64,000 nt of DNA. Source: a virus. A model generated the notes under the pieces. It ran no database searches and was not told the origin of the DNA. It saw only the letters and a list, made by a program, of their open reading frames with translations. Below are positions 38,442 through 47,784 of this stretch, piece by piece. Positions within the stretch are counted from its first letter, which is position 1. Each line of letters starts with the position of its first letter. The stretch lies in IMG/VR virus record IMGVR_UViG_3300042294_004161, positions 35,131-99,130 of that record. One strand, written 5' to 3'. A program made the position numbers and the translations under genes.

Positions 38442-39656
38442 ATGAAAAATAGGTTATTACCCTTCCTAATAGCTTTCTCTGCACTTTCTATAAGTGCTAC
38501 AGCAGCATATTATTCAGTTACTGGCCTCAGCATGTTATTTGCTGGAGCCAGTTTTGCTGTATTAGTAATGGCAAGTTCTTTAGAGATTTCTAAATTAGTT
38601 ATAGCATCTTTATTATATCAATATTGGGATAAATTAAATAAAATATTAAGGACATATTTAACTATTGCTACTATTGTATTAATACTAATAACATCAGCAG
38701 GAATATATGGTTTTCTTTCATCAGCATATCAATCTGTAGCTACTCAATCAGAAATTGTTGATAAACAAATAGCTGCTTTAGAATCTAAAAAAGTATTGTA
38801 TGAGGAAACAAGAGATAATCTTTTAACAGATAGAAAATCAAATAATGAACTTAAAGGTGCACTATCTAAAAACTCAATAACTCAATATACTGATAAAAAT
38901 GGTAATTTAGTAATTAGGAATAATAATGCTGCTATAAAAAATATTGAATCTACATCTAAAGAAAATGAAAAACTAGCATCTAAAATAGATGTAGTTAATG
39001 ATTCTATATTTAGTTTAGAAAATCAAATTTTAGAAGTTAAAGTAAATAGTGAGGCTTCAAGTGAATTAGGCCCACTTAAATATCTATCAGGTTTAACAGG
39101 ACAACCTATGGATAAAATTATAAATTGGTTTTTATTAATAATCATATTTGTATTTGACCCACTTGCAATTTCATTAGTTATAGCTGCTAATTTTGCTTTT
39201 AACCAAGTAAGTAAAAAAAAACCTTACCAATTAACTGAAGAAGATAAAGAATGGTTAGAGACTCCTTTAATTGATGAAGGAATATATGAAGAATCTAATG
39301 AAAATTTAAAACAAGCTGCAAAAATATACCAACAAAAAAATAACTTAAATTTAGATATAAATGGTGATGGTATTGTAGATGAAAATGAGTTTAAGGAAGG
39401 CTTTAACAAATTAGATTTGGATGGTGATGGTATTATAGATGAAAATGAATCTAATACAGCTGGTATAGATTATCAACAATCTCAAAAATTAAACCAAATT
39501 AATAGTGCCCTCCAAGAATTAGAAAATATTACAAAAAATACAAATTATGATTTTCAATGGAAAAAAGATAAAGCCCAACAAGAAATTAATAATTTAAAGA
39601 ATATTTTATTAAAAGATATTAATAAAGATGATGAAAATACTATAAGATATTTTTAA
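38442..39656 (+). CDS. Multi-pass membrane/coiled-coil protein with two EF-hand-like loops
   Basis: AAYYSVTGL, LEISKLV, TSAGIYGFLS, ELGPLKY, IFVFDPLA; DINGDGIVDENE and DLDGDGIIDENE. Confidence 0.7.
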   Translation: MKNRLLPFLIAFSALSISATAAYYSVTGLSMLFAGASFAVLVMASSLEISKLVIASLLYQYWDKLNKILRTYLTIATIVLILITSAGIYGFLSSAYQSVATQSEIVDKQIAALESKKVLYEETRDNLLTDRKSNNELKGALSKNSITQYTDKNGNLVIRNNNAAIKNIESTSKENEKLASKIDVVNDSIFSLENQILEVKVNSEASSELGPLKYLSGLTGQPMDKIINWFLLIIIFVFDPLAISLVIAANFAFNQVSKKKPYQLTEEDKEWLETPLIDEGIYEESNENLKQAAKIYQQKNNLNLDINGDGIVDENEFKEGFNKLDLDGDGIIDENESNTAGIDYQQSQKLNQINSALQELENITKNTNYDFQWKKDKAQQEINNLKNILLKDINKDDENTIRYF

Positions 39657-39707
39657 ATAAATTTGGCTTTCCTAAATAAGTTTCATATATTACACATATA
39701 AAGAAAT
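39656..39707 (+). repeat. 52 bp perfect direct repeat copy 1 containing TTTGG-N19-TATATT
   Basis: Identical to 39948-39999. Confidence 0.9.
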
Positions 39708-39714
39708 AAAGGTT

Positions 39715-39945
39715 ATGACAAATCAAGAAATTTACGAAGCTGAATTAGAGTACAATAAGTACCAAGAATTAATGTTTAATAAAGAAATTCTTACTCAAGA
39801 AGAGTATGAGTTTTGTAAAGCATGGGATGCTGAAGAAGCTAAAAATTTGTTCCACAATTCTTGGAATAATACTTATTTGAATCTTAATGTGTATTCTGAA
39901 GTAGAAAAAGAGAGATACGATTTACAAAAAGAAATTGGATTTTAA
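39715..39945 (+). CDS. Small hypothetical early-type protein
   Basis: 76 aa, behind its own promoter repeat. Confidence 0.65.
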   Translation: MTNQEIYEAELEYNKYQELMFNKEILTQEEYEFCKAWDAEEAKNLFHNSWNNTYLNLNVYSEVEKERYDLQKEIGF

Positions 39946-39947
39946 AC

Positions 39948-39999
39948 AATAAATTTGGCTTTCCTAAATAAGTTTCATATATTACACATATAAAGAAAT
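39948..39999 (+). repeat. 52 bp promoter repeat copy 2
   Basis: Identical to 39656-39707. Confidence 0.9.
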
Positions 40000-40007
40000 T
40001 AAAAATA

Positions 40008-40211
40008 ATGGTTATGAATGATGTAAGAGTAAGTTTAGCAATTAAAAGTCATTTGAATGATGCAATGATTGAAATGAATATTCCACAACTTCAAGATCAA
40101 GCTCAAGAACGTTTAGATTTTGTGAAATATTTAGTTCATGTATTTCCTAATACAAATGTAAGAGTTGATATTAGAAAAGTTTATAAAGAATTTAAAGCAG
40201 ATAATCAATAA
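40008..40211 (+). CDS. Small hypothetical early-type protein
   Basis: 67 aa, behind its own promoter repeat. Confidence 0.65.
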   Translation: MVMNDVRVSLAIKSHLNDAMIEMNIPQLQDQAQERLDFVKYLVHVFPNTNVRVDIRKVYKEFKADNQ

Positions 40212-40241
40212 TTTGGTTTTCTGCTTTCCCCTTATTATATT
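40212..40241 (+). promoter_or_regulatory. TTTGG-N19-TATATT promoter
   Basis: Exact spacing. Confidence 0.7.
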
Positions 40242-40261
40242 AATATATTAAAATTTAAGTT

Positions 40262-40465
40262 ATGTCAGAACAATTTGAAAATCAACAAACAGAAATGGTC
40301 AATAATCTTATTGATCTTACTAATGAAGCCGCCCAAGTATGGGTTTTTCATCCTGAAAATCCTAACTATGTGGATCCGGTTCAATATCATAGTATGTTAG
40401 TGAAAAAAATTAAAAATCTTGAAAATCAAATTACACTATCTGATTTAGATAATGGGGTACTATAG
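40262..40465 (+). CDS. Hypothetical protein
   Basis: 67 aa, W.FHP.NP motif. Confidence 0.65.
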   Translation: MSEQFENQQTEMVNNLIDLTNEAAQVWVFHPENPNYVDPVQYHSMLVKKIKNLENQITLSDLDNGVL

Positions 40466-41012
40466 ATTTGTTAAAGAAGATAGTATTCACCATAGTAAGG
40501 AGGTTGTTATGTCTTATATCAACAAATTAAAACCTCTTAAATATAATAGATTTTTATGGTGGAAAACTCATACTGATGGTATAGAACCTTTAGGAAAAAG
40601 AGCTCCCCTAAAAGATAGAATATTGAATGGAGATTTTAATCCATCAACTTATTATTGGCAAGCTCAATTATCTTTATATACTGCTAAAGAAAAATTAGAT
40701 TTACGTAAAGATGATACTCAATATCAAGTTGAAAAACTCCAGTTAGACTTAGCTAGATATAGAAGATTAATGGATGATTTTGAAAAGGAAGAACCTGCTC
40801 GACTTAATTCATTGTATGATGCTTTTACTTCATCATTCCAAATAACACGTGAACATCTCCAAGAAGAATTATTGGATTGGCCAGGTGATATAATTGGATT
40901 TTATAATTATTGTCTCCTTAAATACAACACAACATCCTCAGCTAATAGAAAAAATGAAAAAAAGCGAGGAAGACCTAAAAAAATTAGTTATGTTATTCAA
41001 AATGAAATATAA
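40452..41012 (+). CDS. Hypothetical protein with a C-terminal AT-hook-like motif
   Basis: YNRFLWW, RILNGDF, KKRGRPKK. Confidence 0.65.
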   Translation: MGYYRFVKEDSIHHSKEVVMSYINKLKPLKYNRFLWWKTHTDGIEPLGKRAPLKDRILNGDFNPSTYYWQAQLSLYTAKEKLDLRKDDTQYQVEKLQLDLARYRRLMDDFEKEEPARLNSLYDAFTSSFQITREHLQEELLDWPGDIIGFYNYCLLKYNTTSSANRKNEKKRGRPKKISYVIQNEI

Positions 41013-41379
41013 AAAATTATTAATTTGGTGGAAACGAAAATTTTACCCCCACCCCAAACTTACTGAAGTTGAAGTTTTAACAAAAACAGTGTTAATTAGA
41101 CTTTTATTTTCTCCTACTACAAAGTGGTTTATGACACCATCTGGATTTTATTATATTCAGAGTTGGGATAAAAATTACACAATGATTATTAGTAATGGAT
41201 GTGTAAAGTTGTCTAATCATAAATACAGTTTTGAAACATTAATATCTCATGATGTATCAAAAGAATTGATATCAATAGTAGAAAAACATATTGAAAAATC
41301 TAGATTAAAAATGGAAAATGAGATTACAGGAAATGAAATTAGTTTATTAAAAGAAATATTAGAAAATCCTAAATTATGA
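41002..41379 (+). CDS. Hypothetical protein
   Basis: Start moved to ATG 41002, coupled to upstream gene. Confidence 0.6.
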   Translation: MKYKKLLIWWKRKFYPHPKLTEVEVLTKTVLIRLLFSPTTKWFMTPSGFYYIQSWDKNYTMIISNGCVKLSNHKYSFETLISHDVSKELISIVEKHIEKSRLKMENEITGNEISLLKEILENPKL

Positions 41380-42176
41380 TAAATAAAAAAATTAAGGTTT
41401 CACATGAAGTACCTATTTGCTTATTAGAAGATAGTCTTGGATTTAATGATTATCAATATGCTCTTCCTCACCTATTAGATCAAAATGAAGAATATGCTGA
41501 TTTCTTTAAAAGATATAAACAGAATGGTGGTTATATTATAATGGATAATTCACTTCATGAACTTGGTGAAGCATACTCCTCAGATCGTTTATGGTACTGG
41601 ATTAAAGAACTTGAACCAGATGAATTTATTATTCCAGATGTTTGGGAAGATTATAATAGATCTATAGTAAATGCTAAAGAATGGATCAAATATGAATATC
41701 CTAAAAATACTATCCCAGTAGCAGTTGTTCAAGCCACATCATATTTAGAGGCTACTATTTGTACTCAAGTGTACAAGGATTTAGGATATAAAAAAATAGC
41801 ATATTCATATGGAGCTAGTTATTATAAAGATATAATTCCTCATCCAAATGTCAACATCGGTAAAGCGCTTGGTAGAATTAGTGTTATATCACGTTTATAT
41901 AATGAAAAAATGCTAGAACCAACAGACCGCGTCCATTTGTTAGGATGTCAAATTCCACAAGAATTTACATATTATCATGATATTGAATGTATAGAATCAA
42001 TTGATACATCAAATCCTATAATGGCGGCTTTAGAAAATACATATTATGAAGCTTACGGTTTATACCATAAACCAAAAATTAATATGAACGAAGCTCAAGA
42101 TATGTCTAGAGATAAAATAAATGTTGTTTTAGTTGATTATAATGTAAATATGTTTCGAAAAATAAATAACCTATAA
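41376..42176 (+). CDS. TGT-fold DpdA-like base-exchange enzyme (putative 7-deazaguanine DNA insertase)
   Basis: IMDNS, PDV, VAVVQ, RVHLLG, ESIDTS echo TGT/DpdA motifs; just upstream of queC/D/E. Confidence 0.55.
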   Translation: MINKKIKVSHEVPICLLEDSLGFNDYQYALPHLLDQNEEYADFFKRYKQNGGYIIMDNSLHELGEAYSSDRLWYWIKELEPDEFIIPDVWEDYNRSIVNAKEWIKYEYPKNTIPVAVVQATSYLEATICTQVYKDLGYKKIAYSYGASYYKDIIPHPNVNIGKALGRISVISRLYNEKMLEPTDRVHLLGCQIPQEFTYYHDIECIESIDTSNPIMAALENTYYEAYGLYHKPKINMNEAQDMSRDKINVVLVDYNVNMFRKINNL

Positions 42177-42179
42177 AAT

Positions 42180-42326
42180 ATGATTGAATTTATCAAACAC
42201 AGTTTAGGAATATGTGGTGATGCTTGGCATCCTAATGTTTTTACCTTTTTGTTAAGTGGGTTTGGATTAGCCCCTGCTTTTCATTATATTAAATATAAAT
42301 ACTTTAATAATGAAGAAAACAACTGA
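42180..42326 (+). CDS. Small membrane protein (48 aa, not in ORF track)
   Basis: MIEFIKHSLGICGDAWHPNVFTFLLSGFGLAPAFHYIKYKYFNNEENN*. Confidence 0.55.
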   Translation: MIEFIKHSLGICGDAWHPNVFTFLLSGFGLAPAFHYIKYKYFNNEENN

Positions 42327-42453
42327 ACCTATCCTAAATCCAGTATGGGAGGAAGAAATTAAAAAAGTTTTAGATAAATTATGGGAAAATAGAGCTAATT
42401 TAAGTTCTCGTAATATAGATTTGTTACGTACATTCGCTAATAAAAAATTTTAA
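42310..42453 (+). CDS. Small hypothetical protein (47 aa, not in ORF track)
   Basis: MKKTTEPILNPVWEEEIKKVLDKLWENRANLSSRNIDLLRTFANKKF* fills the gap before queC. Confidence 0.45.
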   Translation: MKKTTEPILNPVWEEEIKKVLDKLWENRANLSSRNIDLLRTFANKKF

Positions 42454-42465
42454 ATAATTAAAAAT

Positions 42466-43284
42466 ATGAAACAAAATGTAGTATTATCCCTTAGTGGTGG
42501 GATGGATTCGAGTACTTTATTACTTCGTTGTTTAAAAGAATATCAAACAGTTACTGCTATCTCATTTGATTATGGGCAAAAACATCGAGTTGAACTTGAA
42601 CGTGCTCAATCATTGGTAGAATATTTAAATTCTAATTGTGAAGAAAATAATTGTTATAGAGGTTGTAAAGTAAATTATCGTATCATTAAACTTGATGGTT
42701 TATCTGAATTACTTAATTCATCACTTGTTACTGGTGGTTCTGAAGTACCTGAAGGACACTATGCTGAAGAAAATCAACGTCAAACTGTAGTCCCAAACCG
42801 CAATAAGATATTTGCTTCTATTACTCAAGCTGTTGCACTATCTATTGCTACTCAGAATAATGAAACTTGTGATATTGCTTTAGGGATTCACGCTGGTGAT
42901 TTTGGAGTTTATCCTGATTGTAGACAAGAATTTAGAGATGCAGATGATCATGCTTTTAGAGTAGGTAATTGGGAATCTGAAAGAGTAGGATATTTTACTC
43001 CATATTTACATGGTGATAAATTTACTATTTTACAAGATGGAGAAATTTTATGTGATGAATTAGGATTAAATTTTGATGAAGTGTACAAACGTACAAATAC
43101 AAGTTATAAACCTTATCCATCAGGTAATTCTGATTATAAATCAGCCTCTTCTGTAGAACGAGTTGAGGCATTTATTAAATTAGGAAGAAAAGATCCTGTA
43201 ACTTATGAAGATGAAACAGGTCCAGTAACATGGGAACATGTAGTAACAGAAGTAACTAAGGTTTTAGAAAACCATAATAAATAA
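42466..43284 (+). CDS. queC: 7-cyano-7-deazaguanine synthase
   Basis: SLSGGMDS, FDYGQKH..EL, VVPNRNKIF, HAGD..YPDCR.EF. Confidence 0.9.
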   Translation: MKQNVVLSLSGGMDSSTLLLRCLKEYQTVTAISFDYGQKHRVELERAQSLVEYLNSNCEENNCYRGCKVNYRIIKLDGLSELLNSSLVTGGSEVPEGHYAEENQRQTVVPNRNKIFASITQAVALSIATQNNETCDIALGIHAGDFGVYPDCRQEFRDADDHAFRVGNWESERVGYFTPYLHGDKFTILQDGEILCDELGLNFDEVYKRTNTSYKPYPSGNSDYKSASSVERVEAFIKLGRKDPVTYEDETGPVTWEHVVTEVTKVLENHNK

Positions 43285-43285
43285 T

Positions 43286-43483
43286 ATGAGAAAAAAAGAA
43301 CCAAAACCAGAAAAATATATAGTTATAACCCCATCAGGTTTAGTATTCACTGGGATGTTTAATGGAGGATATTTTAAATGGTCAATGGATTGGTCTGAAG
43401 CTAAACCAGTTTCTATGGGTGGAGCTAAAACAATTCAACGAGAAACAAAATGTGAATTTATAAATGAAAAAGATTTTAAATAA
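43286..43483 (+). CDS. Hypothetical protein
   Basis: 65 aa, within the operon. Confidence 0.6.
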   Translation: MRKKEPKPEKYIVITPSGLVFTGMFNGGYFKWSMDWSEAKPVSMGGAKTIQRETKCEFINEKDFK

Positions 43484-43489
43484 ATAAAT

Positions 43490-43738
43490 ATGAAACAATT
43501 ATACTACTTTAGCGCTGAATGGTGTCCAAGTTGTCAAACATTTGAACCAGTAATTAATCAAGCACAATCACAAGGTGCAAAAGTAACTAAGGTAAATGTA
43601 GATCATGAACCTAGTCTTACAACAAGATATGGTATTAGAAGCATTCCGGTTACAATATTGGTAGAGAATGGTAAAGAAAAGGGACGATTTGTAGGTGCCC
43701 GTTCACTTAGACAAGTAATGGATTTTTATAATCAATAA
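43490..43738 (+). CDS. Thioredoxin
   Basis: FSAEWCPSC, VNVD, YGIRSIP. Confidence 0.9.
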   Translation: MKQLYYFSAEWCPSCQTFEPVINQAQSQGAKVTKVNVDHEPSLTTRYGIRSIPVTILVENGKEKGRFVGARSLRQVMDFYNQ

Positions 43739-43742
43739 TAAT

Positions 43743-44213
43743 ATGGGAAAATATCAATCAACAAAAGTATTTGATGGATACAGTTGTGTATTTCGTCAAT
43801 GGAGAGCAGAAGGTACTCATTGTAAATTCTTACATGGGTATGGAGTAAGTTTTAGAGTATGGTTTGAAGGTGAATTAGATGAACGTAATTGGGTTTGGGA
43901 TTTTGGTCAAGCTAAACGTTCTATCTATTTAATAGATGGTATGTCTCCTAAAGCATGGATGGATTATATGTTTGATCATACAACTATTATGGCAGAGGAT
44001 GATCCGTTATTAAATACTTTTAAAACATTAGAAGCAACTGGAGCAGTACAACTAAGAATAATACCAGCAGTTGGATGTGAAAAATTTGCTGAGTATATTT
44101 ATAATAAATTAAATCCATGGGTAGAAAGTGATTCAAATGGAAGAGTTAAAATTACTCAAATTGAATTTCGTGAACATGAAAAAAACAGTGCATTATATAT
44201 ACCAACATTCTAA
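43743..44213 (+). CDS. queD: 6-carboxy-5,6,7,8-tetrahydropterin synthase
   Basis: HCKFLHGY, WVWDFG, FDHTT, E.FA, EHEKNSA. Confidence 0.88.
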   Translation: MGKYQSTKVFDGYSCVFRQWRAEGTHCKFLHGYGVSFRVWFEGELDERNWVWDFGQAKRSIYLIDGMSPKAWMDYMFDHTTIMAEDDPLLNTFKTLEATGAVQLRIIPAVGCEKFAEYIYNKLNPWVESDSNGRVKITQIEFREHEKNSALYIPTF

Positions 44214-44823
44214 TCCAATAACTGAAGAAATATTTTATATCGGTTTAGGTACTAAAGATAGAGCTTATAATTTTAATACTGGTAGAAGTAAGGAATGGTT
44301 AGAATATGTGAGTATTAATGGTAAACCTCAAGTTAGTATATTATATTCTAATTTAACTCTAGAAGAAGCTGATAAAATTGAAAGAGAATTGATATCTAAA
44401 TTAGGAAGAAAAGATATTGATATTGATGGAATATTACTTAATAAAAGTTCTGGAGGGCAAAAAGGAGCATTAGGAATAAAACAAAATCCTAAAACTTTAT
44501 TAAAAAGAAGTATAGCTATGACTGGAAAAAAGATGCATTCTGATAGTCAAAGACAAAAGTGGATATTAGAACGAACAGGTAAAAAAACTAATTGGGATCC
44601 TAACCATATTAAAGCTGATAAAGGAAGATTAAAACCTGAAGGATTTATGGGAAAAGGAGTTACCCCTGTATTGCAATATACTTTAGAAGGAGTTTTTATT
44701 AAAGAATGGCCTAATCAAAAAGAAGTATTTATTCAATTAGGGATTAGATCTGCATCAATATGGAGTAATATAAAAGGTATTACAAAACAAGCTGGGGGTT
44801 ATATTTGGAAATATAAAAATTAA
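44176..44823 (+). mobile_element. Free-standing GIY-YIG-type homing endonuclease with NUMOD1-like C-terminus
   Basis: YIYQH..IFYIG.G...RA, E..LI, LLN; PVLQY.LEG.FIKEW..AGGYIWKY; start moved to ATG 44176. Confidence 0.75.
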
Positions 44824-44843
44824 TTTTAAAATAAAAATAATAT

Positions 44844-45680
44844 ATGCAATTAAATTTAGTAAAAGGGGGAATATTTCCTATAAAAAATAATTTAGATAAT
44901 GATTCCACAGGATTTAAAACTTCCGGGACATTTCAAGGAGAAGGAAAACTTCTAGGAACAGCGTGTCTATTTATTCGCACATCAGCTTGTAATTTAAGAT
45001 GTGCTTGGATTGGATTAGATGGAAAAGGATCATTATGCGACACTCCTTATTCTAGTCATAATCCTGAAAAAAATAAAATGGATATTGATGAAATTATTGA
45101 TACAGTTATAGTTAATACTCAAGATCAAAACATAAAACATGTAGTAATTTCAGGCGGTGAACCTACTATGCAAACTGAAGCATTAGAAGAATTATTATTA
45201 AAATTAAGAGAATTAGGGTATCACACAACTATAGAAACTAATGCTACTATATATAGTGAAAACATAGGAAAATATACAAATTTAATTTCAATGTCCCCTA
45301 AATTATCATCTTCAACACCATGGGGATCTAATCTTAAAGATACTGGAGTTAATTTTAACCAAAAATGGGCTGAACGTCATGAGCGAGATAGAATTAATAT
45401 CCCTGTTATCCAAGAGTATATAAATGTTAGAAATAAATATAATAATGATTTTCAACTTAAATTTGTAGTTACAAATGACAAAGACATTCAGGAAATTGAA
45501 GATATTTTAAACCAATTAGAAGGATGGGAACCATCTGATATATGTTTAATGCCTGAAGGAGTAGATGTAAATACATTAAATACTAGAACTGGGTGGGCAG
45601 CAGAGCAAGCATTAATTAGAGGGTGGAGATTTACACCAAGATTACATATTATGATGTTTGGTAAAAATAGATATGTTTAA
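44844..45680 (+). CDS. queE: 7-carboxy-7-deazaguanine synthase (radical SAM)
   Basis: TFQGEG, FIR...CNLRC..CDT, SGGEP, IETN, SPKL, KFVV, LMP, PRLH. Confidence 0.9.
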   Translation: MQLNLVKGGIFPIKNNLDNDSTGFKTSGTFQGEGKLLGTACLFIRTSACNLRCAWIGLDGKGSLCDTPYSSHNPEKNKMDIDEIIDTVIVNTQDQNIKHVVISGGEPTMQTEALEELLLKLRELGYHTTIETNATIYSENIGKYTNLISMSPKLSSSTPWGSNLKDTGVNFNQKWAERHERDRINIPVIQEYINVRNKYNNDFQLKFVVTNDKDIQEIEDILNQLEGWEPSDICLMPEGVDVNTLNTRTGWAAEQALIRGWRFTPRLHIMMFGKNRYV

Positions 45681-45681
45681 C

Positions 45682-45909
45682 ATGAAAGCAATATTAGAAT
45701 TTAACTTACCCGAAGATTCACACGAGTTCAAAATGGCGACTCAAGGAGAATCAATGCATTCGGTATTGTGGGAAATGGATCAATGGCTAAGAACACAATA
45801 CAAATATATGCCTGATTCAGAATACAGTGAGGACAAGTATGAAGTATATGAAAAAACTAGAAATAAACTCCATGAGTTTATGGTAGAAAACAATATAAGT
45901 TTTGATTAA
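45682..45909 (+). CDS. Small hypothetical phage protein
   Basis: MKAILEFNLPED..LW.MDQWLR...KY; start moved to 45682. Confidence 0.65.
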   Translation: MKAILEFNLPEDSHEFKMATQGESMHSVLWEMDQWLRTQYKYMPDSEYSEDKYEVYEKTRNKLHEFMVENNISFD

Positions 45910-45940
45910 TATGAACCCCATAGATAAACAATAGAAAGTT

Positions 45941-47218
45941 ATGAACATATTGGATAAACAATACACAGACCTACTTCAAGACATTCTTGATAATGGTACC
46001 AAAAAAGAAACAAGAAATGGAGGAACAATTTCAGTATTCGGTAGACAAATCAGACATAAAATGAGTGATGGTTTTCCTTTACTTACTACTAAAAAAATGC
46101 CATTCAAAACAATTGTAACAGAATTGTTATGGTTTTTAAGAGGTGATACAAACATTAAGTATTTGGTTGACAACAATTGTCATATTTGGGATGGTGATGT
46201 TTATAAGAATTATGAAAGAAGATGGGAAACTGAAGGCAAGTTTTTATCACCACCAGTTAATAAATTTACAAAAGAAGAATTAATTAACGAAATAAAAATT
46301 AATCCGATGGTTGCTAAAGAATTGGGTAATTTAGGACCAATTTATGGTAAGCAATGGCGTGATTGGTTAAATTTGAAGTGGGAAGCAACGGACAAATCAA
46401 ACCCATCTCATCCTGATAGACCAATGTTAAAATGGAAACTTGAGGGTATAGACCAAATCCAAAACCTAATCAACGACCTTAAAACAAATCCAGATTCAAG
46501 ACGATTAATGGTTAATGCTTGGAATGTAGGTGAATTAGACCAAATGGTTCTTTTACCTTGTCATTATGGGTTTCAAGTTTATACAAGAGAGTTGAGTGCT
46601 CAAGAAAGATTAGAATGGGTTAAGGTGAATTTGCCAAACATTGATGTGAACGGTTTTGTTAATAATGATGAGTATAGTCATAAGTGGGTAGAAACATTAA
46701 GTGACAATATACCAACAAGAGCAATCTCTTTAATGTGGAATCAACGCTCAGTAGATACATTCTTAGGTTTACCATTCAACATAGCTTCATACGGACTATT
46801 ACTTGAAATCATAGCCAAAGAAGTTAATATGGTACCTGATGAATTGATTGGTAACTTGGGTGACACCCACCTTTACCTTAACCACATTGAGCAAGCAAAA
46901 GAACAGATTGGTAGAGAATTAACCCTGAAAGAAAGAAGAGATCTGGTTAACCCAGAAATGTTTAGCCAAATTTATACAGCAGGGGATAGCTCAACATTAT
47001 CTCATTCCGAAATTGATCAATGGTATATTCCAAGAAGAACAAGAGAACCATATCCACTACCCACTTTATCCTATTTAGATGAATATCATTACTTAACAGA
47101 TAAAAAATTAGTAGGAGATATACCCTTCAGTAAAAAAATTGAAGAATTTAGACCTGACTTTTTTAAGGTAATAGATTATCAATCACATCCAACAATTAAA
47201 GCACCTTTATCAAACTAA
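45941..47218 (+). CDS. thyA: Thymidylate synthase with large insertions
   Basis: FPLLTTKK, ELLWFL, GPIYGKQWR, DSRR, LPCH, QRSVD.FLGLPFN, GDTHLY.NH. Confidence 0.95.
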   Translation: MNILDKQYTDLLQDILDNGTKKETRNGGTISVFGRQIRHKMSDGFPLLTTKKMPFKTIVTELLWFLRGDTNIKYLVDNNCHIWDGDVYKNYERRWETEGKFLSPPVNKFTKEELINEIKINPMVAKELGNLGPIYGKQWRDWLNLKWEATDKSNPSHPDRPMLKWKLEGIDQIQNLINDLKTNPDSRRLMVNAWNVGELDQMVLLPCHYGFQVYTRELSAQERLEWVKVNLPNIDVNGFVNNDEYSHKWVETLSDNIPTRAISLMWNQRSVDTFLGLPFNIASYGLLLEIIAKEVNMVPDELIGNLGDTHLYLNHIEQAKEQIGRELTLKERRDLVNPEMFSQIYTAGDSSTLSHSEIDQWYIPRRTREPYPLPTLSYLDEYHYLTDKKLVGDIPFSKKIEEFRPDFFKVIDYQSHPTIKAPLSN

Positions 47219-47230
47219 AAAATTAAAATA

Positions 47231-47734
47231 ATGCAAATACTATTCACAGAAGCTGAAATTCAAAACAAACTTGAAGACATAGCAAACTACATTAACAAAA
47301 ACACTAATAGTACACCACCAGTATTAATATGTGTATTAAACGGAGCATTCATGTTTTTTTCCGACTTAGCTAAAAAAGTGTATGAGTGTGAAATCGATTT
47401 TATTCGAGTTAAATCTTACACGGGTATAACACAAGGCCAATTAACTATAACTAAAGATATAGAAACAGTAATAGCAGATAAAGATGTTTATATTATAGAT
47501 GATATATATGACTCTGGAAATACTATGAATTTTATTATCAATAGATTAAAAGCATTTGGTCCTAAATCACTTACACCAATTACCTTATTTGCTAAAGAAA
47601 ATGCTCCTGAAAATTTAATTTATGGGTTTAAATTAGAAAATGAAACCTGGATTTATGGTTATGGGCTTGATGGGGATAAAGGATTATGGAGAAATGTACC
47701 TTTAGTTTTAGGAAAATATTATGAGGTTGAATAA
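47231..47734 (+). CDS. hpt: Hypoxanthine/guanine phosphoribosyltransferase-like
   Basis: VLNGAFMFFSDL, VKSY, IIDDIYDSGNT, GYGLD. Confidence 0.85.
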   Translation: MQILFTEAEIQNKLEDIANYINKNTNSTPPVLICVLNGAFMFFSDLAKKVYECEIDFIRVKSYTGITQGQLTITKDIETVIADKDVYIIDDIYDSGNTMNFIINRLKAFGPKSLTPITLFAKENAPENLIYGFKLENETWIYGYGLDGDKGLWRNVPLVLGKYYEVE

Positions 47735-47738
47735 AAAA

Positions 47739-47768
47739 TTTGGTTTTATAAATAAAAATTGTTATATT
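47739..47768 (+). promoter_or_regulatory. TTTGG-N19-TATATT promoter
   Basis: Exact spacing; upstream of folE-MazG-like-polB. Confidence 0.7.
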
Positions 47769-47784
47769 ATAGTAAAATAAATTT

